A stretch of 64,000 nucleotides of DNA. Source: Naegleria gruberi. Lineage: Eukaryota. The notes below the pieces were generated by a model. It was not told where the DNA came from and did not search any database. It saw only the letters and a program-made list of their open reading frames with translations. The translations under genes were made by a program, and so were the position numbers. The DNA is taken from NCBI GenBank assembly GCA_000004985.1, contig GG738874.1. One strand, given 5' to 3'. Positions 49,251 to 59,632 of the stretch are shown here, piece after piece (the stretch's first letter is position 1; each line of letters starts with the position of its first letter).

Positions 49251-52200
49251 CCTAGAAGAATTGATCAGGTTGGAAGAAGCAGTGCAAGAGGTACTACAAG
49301 GTATTCCCGAATGTTACACTAAGGGTACACATGTTTCTATTGTTGGACAATCATTGAAAAATGTTTCCTACATTGAAGATTTGGAAAATTTGAATGAACA
49401 TCATGAAAAGCTTTCTGAAGCACTCTCGGAAATGGTCTCTTTTAATTATGAGGAATTTAACAAATCTATTAGGAACTTTTCAGATATTCTTCAAGAGTTG
49501 AACGGATCACAGCAGAAGATACAAAAGTTGCGAGATAATGTGAAAAAGACAAAAGTTTGCCTCAAATCACACGCAACAGATCTTTCAACACTGTATACAA
49601 ATTATCTTCAACATTCAGAATATTTGAGAATTTTGAATATTGTAAATGAGGTCAAGCAAGTTCCCGATAGAATCTCTGTACTTATTGAAAAGAAACACTA
49701 CTCATCTGCTATTAGACTTTCCAAAAAGTGTCACCAATATTTGAAGAATAGCCCCGAATTGAAACACATTAAGGGATTGGAGGATATAAGAAATCAATTG
49801 AAAAATTTTGAAAAACAGTTACCTGACAAGATGATTGATGCTCTCACCACACATTTGTATAGCCTTGATGTGGAAAAATGTACAATACCAAAAGAGCAAT
49901 TGCCAAAATCACCAATGCACGCGAGACCAATCTCGATCACAGAGGAAAGTATCAAGAAGAAAATTCAAAACGAGCGTATGAACACCAAAAAGCAAGGTTT
50001 TCAATCTGTCCATGAAAGAGCCTTTGCTATGGTACAACAAAAGAATACAGACTCTTTTGATTTGGCAGATAATACTGATTTAACATTCGATCCAGAGCAA
50101 GACAGTAATTACTTTTTATCCATGATTATTGATGGACTTGATACGCTTGGTAAATTATCACTGCTTCAATCTAGAATGGTTCACAGTTTAAAATATGATG
50201 TGAGGTCACTTATTGAAAAGCAAATTCTTGAATTTGTTAACAATTTAGAAGAGCAAGGTGCTGATTTTACATGGAATATTTCTCAATCCATGCTAAAAGA
50301 GAGTAAGTCAGCAACCTCTATCCAACAGGGTGCAATTTTGAAAAAGCTCTTTAACAGAATTTTCTCAAACATTGCCCAATTATTGGAAAAGTATAAATTC
50401 ATGATTGGGATTATGGAACTGAGAGCTGCCAGTTTAGATTTCAGCTCATTGACTAACACATCAGAGGATACGATGGTTGCTACACCGGTTGACATTAAAT
50501 TGACCAAACCAGTTATTGAAAAAATTAAGAAGGCTATTAATGAGAAAATCGACCATCTAAAGATCAATTTGAAGACAAAAGAGCCTAGTAATTACATGTC
50601 ACTGTTATCAGATCATTCATCAAAAACCAAGGAAGCTAATAATCTTTACTTGTCATTACTGACAGACCTTTCAAACAACTTTTTCAAGAAAAATATGGAA
50701 GAAGATTTGAGGGTTAGAGATGTCATTTCTTTCTTTGAAGGCCAATTAAGCTTGAAAATCACAAAGCAAACAGCCATGACAGATTCTATCAAGGAAAAGT
50801 TCTCCTCTCTCATCACAACCAGTGTTTCCGATTCAACTACCCCTCATACTTTTACAGCCACATATGTATGGAAGACAGCCCAAGAGGAAATCAAGAATGT
50901 TCTTAAGGATATTCTTGGATTAACAAATCTATCTAGTCTAGTTGAAACATTAGGAAGCAAGTCTTCTACTGAAGCGCTAAAGAATATTATCGATACGGGA
51001 GCTCCTTCCTCACACGACGACTACAAGATTACATTTAAATATTCATTCAATGTTGACTACTACGAGCAATCAAATGAAAAGAGTTCAGATTCAGATGTCT
51101 CTCCTATTATTTCACATTTCTCGAAATACTTTTTGCTCTCTCCATACAACATGCTTTGGGTTTACAAGGAAGTGTCAACTTTTATTGATCAGTGTAAGAC
51201 TATTGTTGTGGATGAAATTGGAAAAAATGATTCAAACGAATATCAAAGCCTTAAGGTGTTTTGTGATGATATTGTTAGGCACTATTTACTTTCTGTTGTG
51301 AAAACAGATTACAGAACAAAAATGAATGAACTATTAAGAAAGGACTCTACTGCCTTCAATTGTGTAAATAGCAAAGATTTTGCAAGTTTGCTGCCTAACT
51401 CAAATAGAGAAATTTATAATCAAAAAGAAATCTTTCTGGGATCTATTAGTTGTATGAGATGGATTAGCGAAATTATAGTTATAGCTAAAACTATTCCAAT
51501 AATCAAATATGAATTTTATAGTACCATAGAATTAGTTTTGAAGAGATACCTTGATGAATGTTATACCTTCTTTGATTTGGCCCTTTCTTCTAGCTATTGT
51601 CAACAAATTTTGAAACAGAGTAGAGATTATAGTTCTGTACTTGTAAATGAACCCCTTTTCCAAAAAGCACAAAAGTGGAAACCTCTCAATTTGAAACGTA
51701 AGGCTGTGGATCCAGAGGAAATTAGAAAGATTTTCGAACAATTAGTGGACAAACCAATCAGTAATATTACCTATGATTCTTCAAGAAAAACCCATGTCAT
51801 TGATAGAACATCTGGGTTCATGTCTCTTTCTGCTTTAAATGGTACTTTGGAATGGGTTTTGGAGAATATTTACTTGTGGCACTTTGATATCATCTCACTA
51901 ACAGCCAAACAAAACACCTCAATGACTGACTTCCATCACGCCTCAAAAGACAAGCTTTTCAAGCACACCAATAGATCAACATCTCTTTTGCTAAACTCAA
52001 GCTTTCAAGTTGTTAGACAATTGGAAGATTATTATGAAAAATTTGTAGAGTTATATAATGACTGTTTGTTGGCTATTAAGATTGATTTGAGAATTCGTTG
52101 CCTTTTCTCCGTAAAGAAAAATTTGGTACAAAATTTAATAGATTCCGACCATCCATATAGTAGTGAAGAGTTGACTGAACAGCCAGAATCATTTGTGGAG

Positions 52201-52764
52201 GAATTTAATAAGGATCTATTAATGATTTATCGCTCATTGAGCACATGTACATCAGAAGAAAAACTCAATTATGTTTTTTCAGGCATTGGAAAATTCATTT
52301 CTGGTCTACTAATCAATTCTCTGGTTACAGCAAGTAAATCAAGCTCTCCTAAATTCTCAATTGAAGGTATACAAAGAATGAAACGTAATATCACAGCTCT
52401 CCAACAACAAATCAGCTATGTAACATCAAAACAGGAATTATCCTTCAATTCTGTCATTCAATATTATGAACTTTTACTTTTGGACGAGATTGGTCTGATT
52501 GAGCATGCCAGAAATATTCACACCTTCACTCGAGAACAATATCTTTCCATCTTTAAATGTACAACACCAAAACAAAGTATTGACAAGAAAAAGTTCGAAA
52601 GGGACTTGGATGGAGCAATTCATAAAAGTAAGCTCATCAAGAAATCCGCATCCTCAGCTACACTTAGCCAATCCTCAATACCTACCACACCAACTCTCAA
52701 ACATTCCACAACTGCTACTTCTACACTCTCCACTTCCTCATCAAAACAACAACTCAATAATTAA
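49207..52764 (+). CDS. SEC8: Exocyst complex component Sec8 (EXOC4) homolog. Start conservatively placed at the first in-frame ATG (49207); the ORF is open from 49069.
   Basis: ILNIVNEVKQVPDRISVLIEKKHYSSAIRLSKKCHQYL...LKHIKGLEDIRNQLKNFEKQLPDKMIDALTTHLYS aligns to human EXOC4 [38 protein letters not shown]...[31 protein letters not shown]. About 1180-aa helical protein consistent with CATCHR tethering subunits. S/T-rich C-terminal tail. Confidence 0.72.
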   Translation: MMRKRKNIEEEEDETLEELIRLEEAVQEVLQGIPECYTKGTHVSIVGQSLKNVSYIEDLENLNEHHEKLSEALSEMVSFNYEEFNKSIRNFSDILQELNGSQQKIQKLRDNVKKTKVCLKSHATDLSTLYTNYLQHSEYLRILNIVNEVKQVPDRISVLIEKKHYSSAIRLSKKCHQYLKNSPELKHIKGLEDIRNQLKNFEKQLPDKMIDALTTHLYSLDVEKCTIPKEQLPKSPMHARPISITEESIKKKIQNERMNTKKQGFQSVHERAFAMVQQKNTDSFDLADNTDLTFDPEQDSNYFLSMIIDGLDTLGKLSLLQSRMVHSLKYDVRSLIEKQILEFVNNLEEQGADFTWNISQSMLKESKSATSIQQGAILKKLFNRIFSNIAQLLEKYKFMIGIMELRAASLDFSSLTNTSEDTMVATPVDIKLTKPVIEKIKKAINEKIDHLKINLKTKEPSNYMSLLSDHSSKTKEANNLYLSLLTDLSNNFFKKNMEEDLRVRDVISFFEGQLSLKITKQTAMTDSIKEKFSSLITTSVSDSTTPHTFTATYVWKTAQEEIKNVLKDILGLTNLSSLVETLGSKSSTEALKNIIDTGAPSSHDDYKITFKYSFNVDYYEQSNEKSSDSDVSPIISHFSKYFLLSPYNMLWVYKEVSTFIDQCKTIVVDEIGKNDSNEYQSLKVFCDDIVRHYLLSVVKTDYRTKMNELLRKDSTAFNCVNSKDFASLLPNSNREIYNQKEIFLGSISCMRWISEIIVIAKTIPIIKYEFYSTIELVLKRYLDECYTFFDLALSSSYCQQILKQSRDYSSVLVNEPLFQKAQKWKPLNLKRKAVDPEEIRKIFEQLVDKPISNITYDSSRKTHVIDRTSGFMSLSALNGTLEWVLENIYLWHFDIISLTAKQNTSMTDFHHASKDKLFKHTNRSTSLLLNSSFQVVRQLEDYYEKFVELYNDCLLAIKIDLRIRCLFSVKKNLVQNLIDSDHPYSSEELTEQPESFVEEFNKDLLMIYRSLSTCTSEEKLNYVFSGIGKFISGLLINSLVTASKSSSPKFSIEGIQRMKRNITALQQQISYVTSKQELSFNSVIQYYELLLLDEIGLIEHARNIHTFTREQYLSIFKCTTPKQSIDKKKFERDLDGAIHKSKLIKKSASSATLSQSSIPTTPTLKHSTTATSTLSTSSSKQQLNN

Positions 52765-52926
52765 TTCCTATTTATAAAATTTGTTTTGCTCACAATGATT
52801 GCAACGTACTATAAGATTGGAAGCTCAACAACAATTGGCAAGACAACCACTAATCAACTCTTTTTCTTCTTCACCATAATTTTTTCTAAATCCTTATTGT
52901 TTCTCAATAAAGGAATATTGTTATTA

Positions 52927-54259
52927 TTATATCTTGATCGATTCTTCTGAAACAATTGAAACCTCTGGAGCTTGATGAATGGATTGATTCTTATTGGACT
53001 TTTTAGAAGAATGTTTGGAATTAAGCTGAGATGAATGCTTGGAAGACTGTTTGTTACTGAATTCATTTGCAACATTCTTATTGAGATCTGACAGTACCTT
53101 AGTTGTATCTGTAAAAATAGGATGATACAATGCAATGGCAACACATGCAAAAAGAATAATCCCCACATTATTAAAAATCGAATAGAATAATGTCAAATAA
53201 ACCCAATCAAATAGAGCAATAGCAAAAGCCATTGAAACTATTTGGAGCAATGCACAGAGAACGAGAAATATTTCAAGAATAATCACCTTAATAATTGGTT
53301 TTCTTGATTTCTTTCTATTTTCATTGGAAGCTGTTTTTGTAATAATTTTCAAAAGTGAAGCTGCTGACAACTATTAAATACAATAAATCTTATTCACTTG
53401 AAAAAGAACTTACATTGGAAACTATTGTTTGAATCAAAATTTGAGAGACAAATACTATATATCCAGCAATGAAAAAATAATTCTGATACTCCTCAACAAT
53501 ATCCAAACGATTCAAGATTAGAATAATGCAAGTCAATGCAATAATCATACTCAAAGTAATGGAGAATAGAATTGTTATAGTATTTACAATTATGGTAGCT
53601 CTCTGAACACCTTTCGAATAAATCAATCCACTCGTTATTCGAACAGTATTTAAAAATACATTATCCACAAAACACATTATCAACATCATGACTACACAAT
53701 TCATCAATGCACAAAACAATTCCAAAGCTCCAAAAACATGCATTGCAACATATCTTCCTTGTGAAATTCCAGCTTGTTCAATATTCGAAAGGAAACTATT
53801 ATTATACATATAGGTAACATCAAATCCCCTCTCCACAATCACACTTTCATTGAAATTCGAATAGACATACGAATGAATTTGAGTAACCATTGACAAATTC
53901 AATGAATCATACAAAGTCCTACACACCAAAGACGAAACCTGAACTAGACACAATAAAATAACACTCCCAATCATGACATGTTGATTTCTCTTCATACTCT
54001 CCCTAACACTCCTCATCATTAAAAAGAAAACTATAAACAATATCAAACCAATCAACAAAAGCATAAAGAATGAATTCAATGGAATGCTAATACTACTTGT
54101 GATGATTGGTTCCAAATCAATGACTTGTGCTTTTGTTGAATTGGTAGTGTCAAAGGTCTGTTGTTGAATAGTCATGATGTCAATGGAGGAGAAGGTTGTT
54201 TCGTATGGTGAGCTAGGCATCATCGAGTTTCGAACATTATTTCGAATAAATTTCATCAT
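52927..54259 (-). CDS. Multi-pass (about 7-9 TM) membrane protein, hypothetical receptor/transporter-like. 2 exons: 54259..53414 and 53370..52927. Intron 53413..53371 (gtaagt...ttaatag, 43 nt).
   Basis: ATG ATG at 54259. Hydrophobic helices FFMLLLIGLILFIVFFLMM, IGSVILLCLVQVSSLV, VAMHVFGALELFCALMNCVVMMLIMCF, ATIIVNTITILFSITLSMIIALTCIILIL, YFFIAGYIVFVSQILIQTIV. Exon 2 IIKVIILEIFLVLCALLQIVSMAFAIALF, VGIILFACVAIALY. Phase 0 junction ...TIVSN|LSAASLL. Confidence 0.55.
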
Positions 54260-54734
54260 GGTTTCTCTCTTGTTTTATAGGGAAATACGAAAGTAATACT
54301 TGGGTATTGCTGATGTAGTAACAGAGGGTGAGAGTGTTTGGAATTTTCTTTTTAACTTTTGAAAACCGTTATCACCTTCGCACTGAAGGAATATTTATTC
54401 AGAGTTGAGTAGTGACAGATTGCTACTGATAAGAGAGGGTGATGTGGATTTGGAAAAAGTTTACTTTTATGAAACATTTGGAAGAAATATTCCATAAATG
54501 AGATGTCGTTATTTCTCATATGGAATTTACAATAAAAAAATTTACAAATTACATTTTAAATTTTGATTAAATGAAAATTTTGATTATGAATACAAATTTA
54601 ATTTCAAAAAAGAAATATTTATAAATTCAATATTAAATATTTTTGTAATCTTCTTCAATTATCATTCATTTTGGAACGCACTTGGAGGGAATGGACTTTC
54701 TATCGCACCATTAAAAAAAACAAAATCAAAAAAA

Positions 54735-55871
54735 ATGGCGCCACCCAAACTCTCCACCGAAGAGGAAGAACGAAGAAGACACCTCGAACAAGAAGTAACC
54801 TCATCTTTGCCTTTTCATAAGGAACTGGGAGAGGTGATTATTAATGCGAAGGGAATTTATAAACATTATAATATTGCTGGGAGAACGGAATCGGTTCGGG
54901 CTTTGGAAGAAATTAATGTGAATGATGAATCAGAGTTTTATGGGATTAGGAGAGGTGAATTTGTGATGATCAGAGGACCATCAGGAGGAGGTTTGTATTG
55001 TGATGATGATGATTTTATTGATTGTTTTTTGTCATCTAATATATTTAAATAATCTATTTATTACTATAATGGATAATGGTCATCTATTTAATAACTATTT
55101 AATTTATTATTATTATTATTATGGATAATGATGATCATAGGTAAAACAACCTTGTTGAATATAATTGGAACAATTGATAAACCTAGTGGAGGTACTTTGG
55201 AAATATTGGGAGAACCAATTACATCAAAATCGAGTGATAATTATTTAGCTGATTTGAGATTGAGAAGAATTGGATTTGTTTTTCAAACATTCAACTTGAT
55301 TGCCACAATGAGCGCCTTTGAAAATGTTGAACTGCCCATGACACTGTTAGGTAAATTGAACAAGAAGGAGAGAAGAAAGAGAGCTAAAGAATTATTGAGA
55401 TTGGTTGGTTTGGAAGACAGAATGGCTCACTTGCCATCTGAGTTGAGTGGTGGTGAACAACAACGTGTCACTATTGCTCGTGCTCTTGCCAATGAACCTG
55501 AAATTTTGTTATTGGACGAACCAACGTATGTACATTTTGATGATTTAACAATTTTAACATTTATGACGATTGATGATCGGACAAAATGTGGATTAACTTT
55601 TCATCATGATAACAATAATTTGATACGGTATGGAATAATAATTAGAGGTGACTTGGATACAAAGAATACAGTAGAAATTATGGATTTGTTATTGAGAATT
55701 AATTTAAATAAGAAGACAACCTGTGTCATGGTTACTCACAATCCCGATGTAGAAACCTATGCTGATCGTGTTTTATTTGTGAGTGATGGAAGATTTGTTG
55801 AGCAAGCTCTCAATGAAATCCAAGTTCCTTTAATTTTCGAAAACTATTCAAACTTTTTGAAATCAAAATAA
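54735..55871 (+). CDS. Bacterial-type ABC transporter ATP-binding protein (LolD/MacB/FtsE-like ABC ATPase, 288 aa). 3 exons: 54735..54990, 55141..55525, 55646..55871. Introns 54991..55140 (gtttgt...tcatag, 150 nt) and 55526..55645 (gtatgt...aattag, 120 nt, in-frame and stop-free).
   Basis: Walker A is split by intron 1: GPSGGG|GKTTLL. Q-loop FVFQTFNL. Signature LSGGEQQRVTIARAL. Walker B ILLLDEPT, then (across intron 2) GDLDTKNTVEIMDLLLRINLNKKTTCVMVTHNPDV (D-loop, H-switch). LGKLNKKERRKRAKELL and HNPDV..ADRVLFVSDGR closely resemble LolD/MacB-class proteins. Confidence 0.85.
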
Positions 55872-55983
55872 TTTATTTGTAAATATTGTCAGATTGTACA
55901 TGTAATAGTTGCCAAATCAATTTTTGGCGCCCAAAATCTACAAAAATAAAAAACCTCAACTGATTTTCTCAATAAGAAAAAAA

Positions 55984-56196
55984 ATGATGCAAAATGACCC
56001 TGTCTTGACTAAGCGAGAGAAGGTCAAACAACGAATGGACAATGAAATGTATTTGAGACAACATCCCGAACTTAATAAATTAATTTCAAAAGCAGTGGAA
56101 CACATTCTCGTCAAGAAACCAGAAGCTAGTGACTTGCATGAAGAATTGTGCAACTTTTTCAAACAACCAAATGTGAGAGATCTTTGCAAGGAATAA
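55984..56196 (+). CDS. Small (70 aa) protein with RIIa/DPY-30-like dimerisation-docking motif (hypothetical)
   Basis: First ATG in ORF 55909..56196. YLRQHPELNKLISKAVEHILVKKPEASDLHEELCNFF fits the X-type four-helix bundle pattern (Y..L...L...P.DP..F...F) of RIIa/Dpy-30 domains. Weak. Confidence 0.35.
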   Translation: MMQNDPVLTKREKVKQRMDNEMYLRQHPELNKLISKAVEHILVKKPEASDLHEELCNFFKQPNVRDLCKE

Positions 56197-56229
56197 AGTT
56201 AATAGAGTTTTTATGTACATAATATATTC

Positions 56230-57970
56230 TTAATCAAAATAGTCTTCACTATATTCTTCTTCTTGGTCATTGGTTGTTTTAGCTGTTTGCTTGAAAACAG
56301 TGGAAAAGTAAGTTGGAAGGGCTTTTTGTTGGAGTTTCTCGCATTCATCTGTAAAGAAGTGGAATTGTTCCAGAATTTCTTGTTTGAGGGTACCTCTTGG
56401 AATGGAAAGGGAGAAGAATTTATGTTTGAGCAATTCACTTGCTTTTGGACGATCAGCTGGATTACTATATTTGTATAATAATAAAGGTGTAAATATATAT
56501 TAATATGAATAAAAAAACAACTGTACTTACACTTTGAGACAATTCGTAATAAGATCTTTCAATTCTTCTGAAACTTGCAATTCTGGTATGACCTTTGTTG
56601 GTAATGTATCTAAATTCTTCACAATAAAATCAGTCAATCTATATTCGCTGTAAAGTGCTTCTGGATCAGAATCTGAATTTTCAGAATGTCCAGTTGATGA
56701 TAAAATACTCTTTCTAAATTCTCGTTCCCAAATATTGTATCCGAAAATCATTTCCAAAATACACATACCCAAACTCCAAATATCAGGTGCATGAGATCGT
56801 TTATAGGATGGATCTCCCTTTAACATTTCTGGACTACAGAATGTTAATGTTCCCACAACAGAGTTACGAGTTTGTGATAATGTTTGTCCTTTCTGTATAA
56901 CCTTTGCTTCGCCAAAGTCAGCAAGTTTGATTAAACCACCAGCTAACAAGAAATTGTCACATTTCAAGTCACGATGGTAAACATGTGTAGGTATCTCCTC
57001 GTGTATATATACTAAAGCTGATATAATTTGTTTAAGATAATCTTGAATTAAATCTTCAGTAAGACCTTTTCCAATACGTTTCAATACACTTTTCAGTGAT
57101 CCACCAAGCATTAATTCCATCATAATGTAGAAAAATTCTCCATTTTCATGATATCCAAAACATTTTACAATATTTGGATGTTCCAACGATTGCATTACCT
57201 GAATTTCCTTTTCAATTTTTTCCTTGTATTCCTTTTGCTATATACAAGTTAAAGATCAACAATTTTCAAATAGCAATACTTACTCCTTTAGAGACGTGTA
57301 TCTTTTTAACGGCCATTGTCTTGGAGTGAATCTTATCATAGACCATTTTAACTTCTCCGAATGCACCAGAACCCAACAATTTCATCTCAATCCAACCCAT
57401 CTGTTCTTCAAAACTAACGAGTGGTTTGTTGAGTTCTAAACGTAATTTGATAGGTTTAGAAGATAACTTTTCTTTACATGATTTGATTTGATTCATAGTC
57501 TCTGCAACAACATAAACCTCCACTTTCGGATCATAGACATCCAATCTAACACTTGTTGATTCATCAATATTGAATATTTGTTTACAGATTTGCATAGCAT
57601 CCTCTACACTTCCTCTCATGTTAATATTAGCAAATTTGTTTGCTTCCCCAAAGGACACTAGACACTTTTTCTCTTTCGGTGGCTTATTACTACTTTGACT
57701 CTTCTCATCAGGATCATCTATAATTTTAATTGTATCAAAAACCTTCTCGATTTCTCTTTCCGTTAAAATTGGTGTTGTTGGAGTTTGCTTTTTTAATGAA
57801 GGCGATCTAGCCGAAGGTGAAGAGCCTGACAAATTATTAGAGCTTCCTCCCAACACAGTATCCCTCTGTGGTATTCTAATATCAACTTCATCGGCCTCAG
57901 CTGATTTACTCTGCAGAGTGAGCGTCTTGTTACTACTGCTAATATTGATAAAATTTAGGAGGCGAACCAT
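56230..57970 (-). CDS. Ser/Thr protein kinase with N-terminal PB1/ubiquitin-like domain (542 aa). 3 exons: 57970..57284, 57237..56531, 56464..56230. Introns 57283..57238 (gtaagt...tatatag, 46 nt) and 56530..56465 (gtaagt...atatag, 66 nt).
   Basis: Exon 1 KCLVSFGEANKFANINMRGSVEDAMQICKQIFNIDESTSVRLDVYDPKVEVYVV (PB1-like), then LGSGAFGEVKMVYDKIHSKTMAVKKI (subdomains I-II). Exon 2 SLEHPNIVKCFG, HRDLKCDNFLL (VIb), LADFGEAK (VII), GTLTFCSPEM (VIII), DIWSLGMCILEM (IX). Exon 3 VNPADRPKASELLKHKFF (XI). Phases 0 and 2. Confidence 0.85.
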
Positions 57971-58313
57971 TTTTTTCTTCTCTTTGTGGTGGTAGCGGAA
58001 AAAGAGAGTTTGTGTTTTCCTTTTTTTTAGCTATGAAAAATGTTGATGTGTGGTATTGCGATATCTTCATCATCATTCGATCGGAAGGGAAAGGAAATGA
58101 TCTCTCTTGTTGTTGAAGAGGAAAATCAGGTTGAGAGAATAATTGTTAGAGGTGCTTGTTTGATATTTACACTTGATGGTCAAGTTGTAGTTGCTGGATT
58201 TATAAATTTAGATGAGAAATTGTTGGAAACGTTGATTGCATCAATATTAATTATTATTTAATAATTTTGTAATTACAGAGATATTACTAAGAATAGAGAT
58301 TGACATAATCTTG

Positions 58314-59519
58314 TTATTGTTGATTCAATTCGTTCAATTCCTTTGGATAAATCAATCCATGAACAGATCTGATTTCATCCATAATTTCCATAACAGAGAT
58401 GGTTTCACTGAGTGGCATAATTGGACTCTCAATGTTACCTTGTTGGATCATTTCCAAAATGTGTTTAATTTCATAGAAAAATCCAGTACCTTCCTGATAA
58501 TCAACACCCTTTCCAGAAAATTCAAAAGTTTCAGATGTAGATTTGATGAGGGAGAAACTGACAGGTCTGTGGAATGAATTATTCACCACAATCATTCCAT
58601 CAGTTCCAGAAATTTCCAAAGTTCTTGTACATTCATTGACAAAGGTAGAATTGAAGGTACCAAAGATTGGTTTTCCATTTTCGTGTTGGAATTCAATTAA
58701 TCCACTACACTGATCGTCTGTCTTGGTTTCTGGATTAATGTGCATGCTTGATTGGACTTTGGAGAGTTTGTAACCAAGAGAGGATGTAATCATTGAGATG
58801 GCAGAAATACAGTACACTCCACAATCCAAAAGAGCTCCACCTCCCAGGTCAATATTATACAATCGATGATTCTTATCTGAATTACGTTTCTCTCCAACAA
58901 ATCCCAAACTCACATTGATATTTCTCACTTGTCCAATCTTGCCCTCTTGAATGAGTTGTATAATCCTTCTTGAGACTGGGAAGAATCTTGTCCACTGTTA
59001 TTTTCCAAGTGGTTGAATCAAAAGAAGAGGTCATTTTTACAATGAGATAATCAAAAACTAACAACCTACCATTCCTTCCATCAAAAAGACATTATTTTTC
59101 CTTGCCAACTCAACCAATTCCTTTGCCTCTTTTGCATTAATTGTAAATGCCTTTTCACACAAGACATGCTTTTTAGCTCTTAACTGGTTCGAAATCAAAT
59201 TCAATATGTGTAAAACCTACTCTAAAGCCATTTTACAATGTTCATAGTGAAAGTAGTGAGGTGATGCCACGTAGACAATATCAACATTTTCATCAGAGAA
59301 AAATTCATCATAGGACGCATAAACTTTCATATCACCATCCTCTTGCTTGAGTTTTTCACCAAATTGTTTTCCTCTCTCCAAATCTCTCGATACAACTGCC
59401 ACTACTTGGACCGAATAATTTGGGCCATAATCATTCTTCAGCAATGATTCACAAAAAGTCATGGCAATAGCTCCGGTTGAAAGTATCCCGAATCGGAGTG
59501 TGAATGGCGTTTGAGACAT
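58314..59519 (-). CDS. DHDH: Dimeric dihydrodiol dehydrogenase-like oxidoreductase (Gfo/Idh/MocA family, DHDH homolog). 3 exons: 59519..59221, 59178..59070, 58994..58314. Introns 59220..59179 (gtaggt...gttaag, 42 nt) and 59069..58995 (gtaggt...ataacag, 75 nt).
   Basis: Exon 1 FGILSTGAIAMTFCESL...VVAVVSRDLERGKQFGE...VDIVYVASPHYFHYEHCKMAL (Rossmann GxxGxG-like + ATPH). Exon 2 EAKKHVLCEKAFTINAKEAKELVELARKNNVFLMEGM aligns to human DHDH [36 protein letters not shown]. Exon 3 WTRFFPVSRRIIQLIQEGKIGQV...GGGALLDCGVYCISAISM aligns to [23 protein letters not shown]...GGALLDLGIYCVQFISM. Confidence 0.85.
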
Positions 59520-59632
59520 TTTTTTTTCTATTGTAATTGCTATGAGTATTTTCTTTGTAAAACAGAATCATCTCTAAACCTTTAATGAAAAGATTTCGTT
59601 CCACTAATTGTTATTTATCATATATGGAGTTA

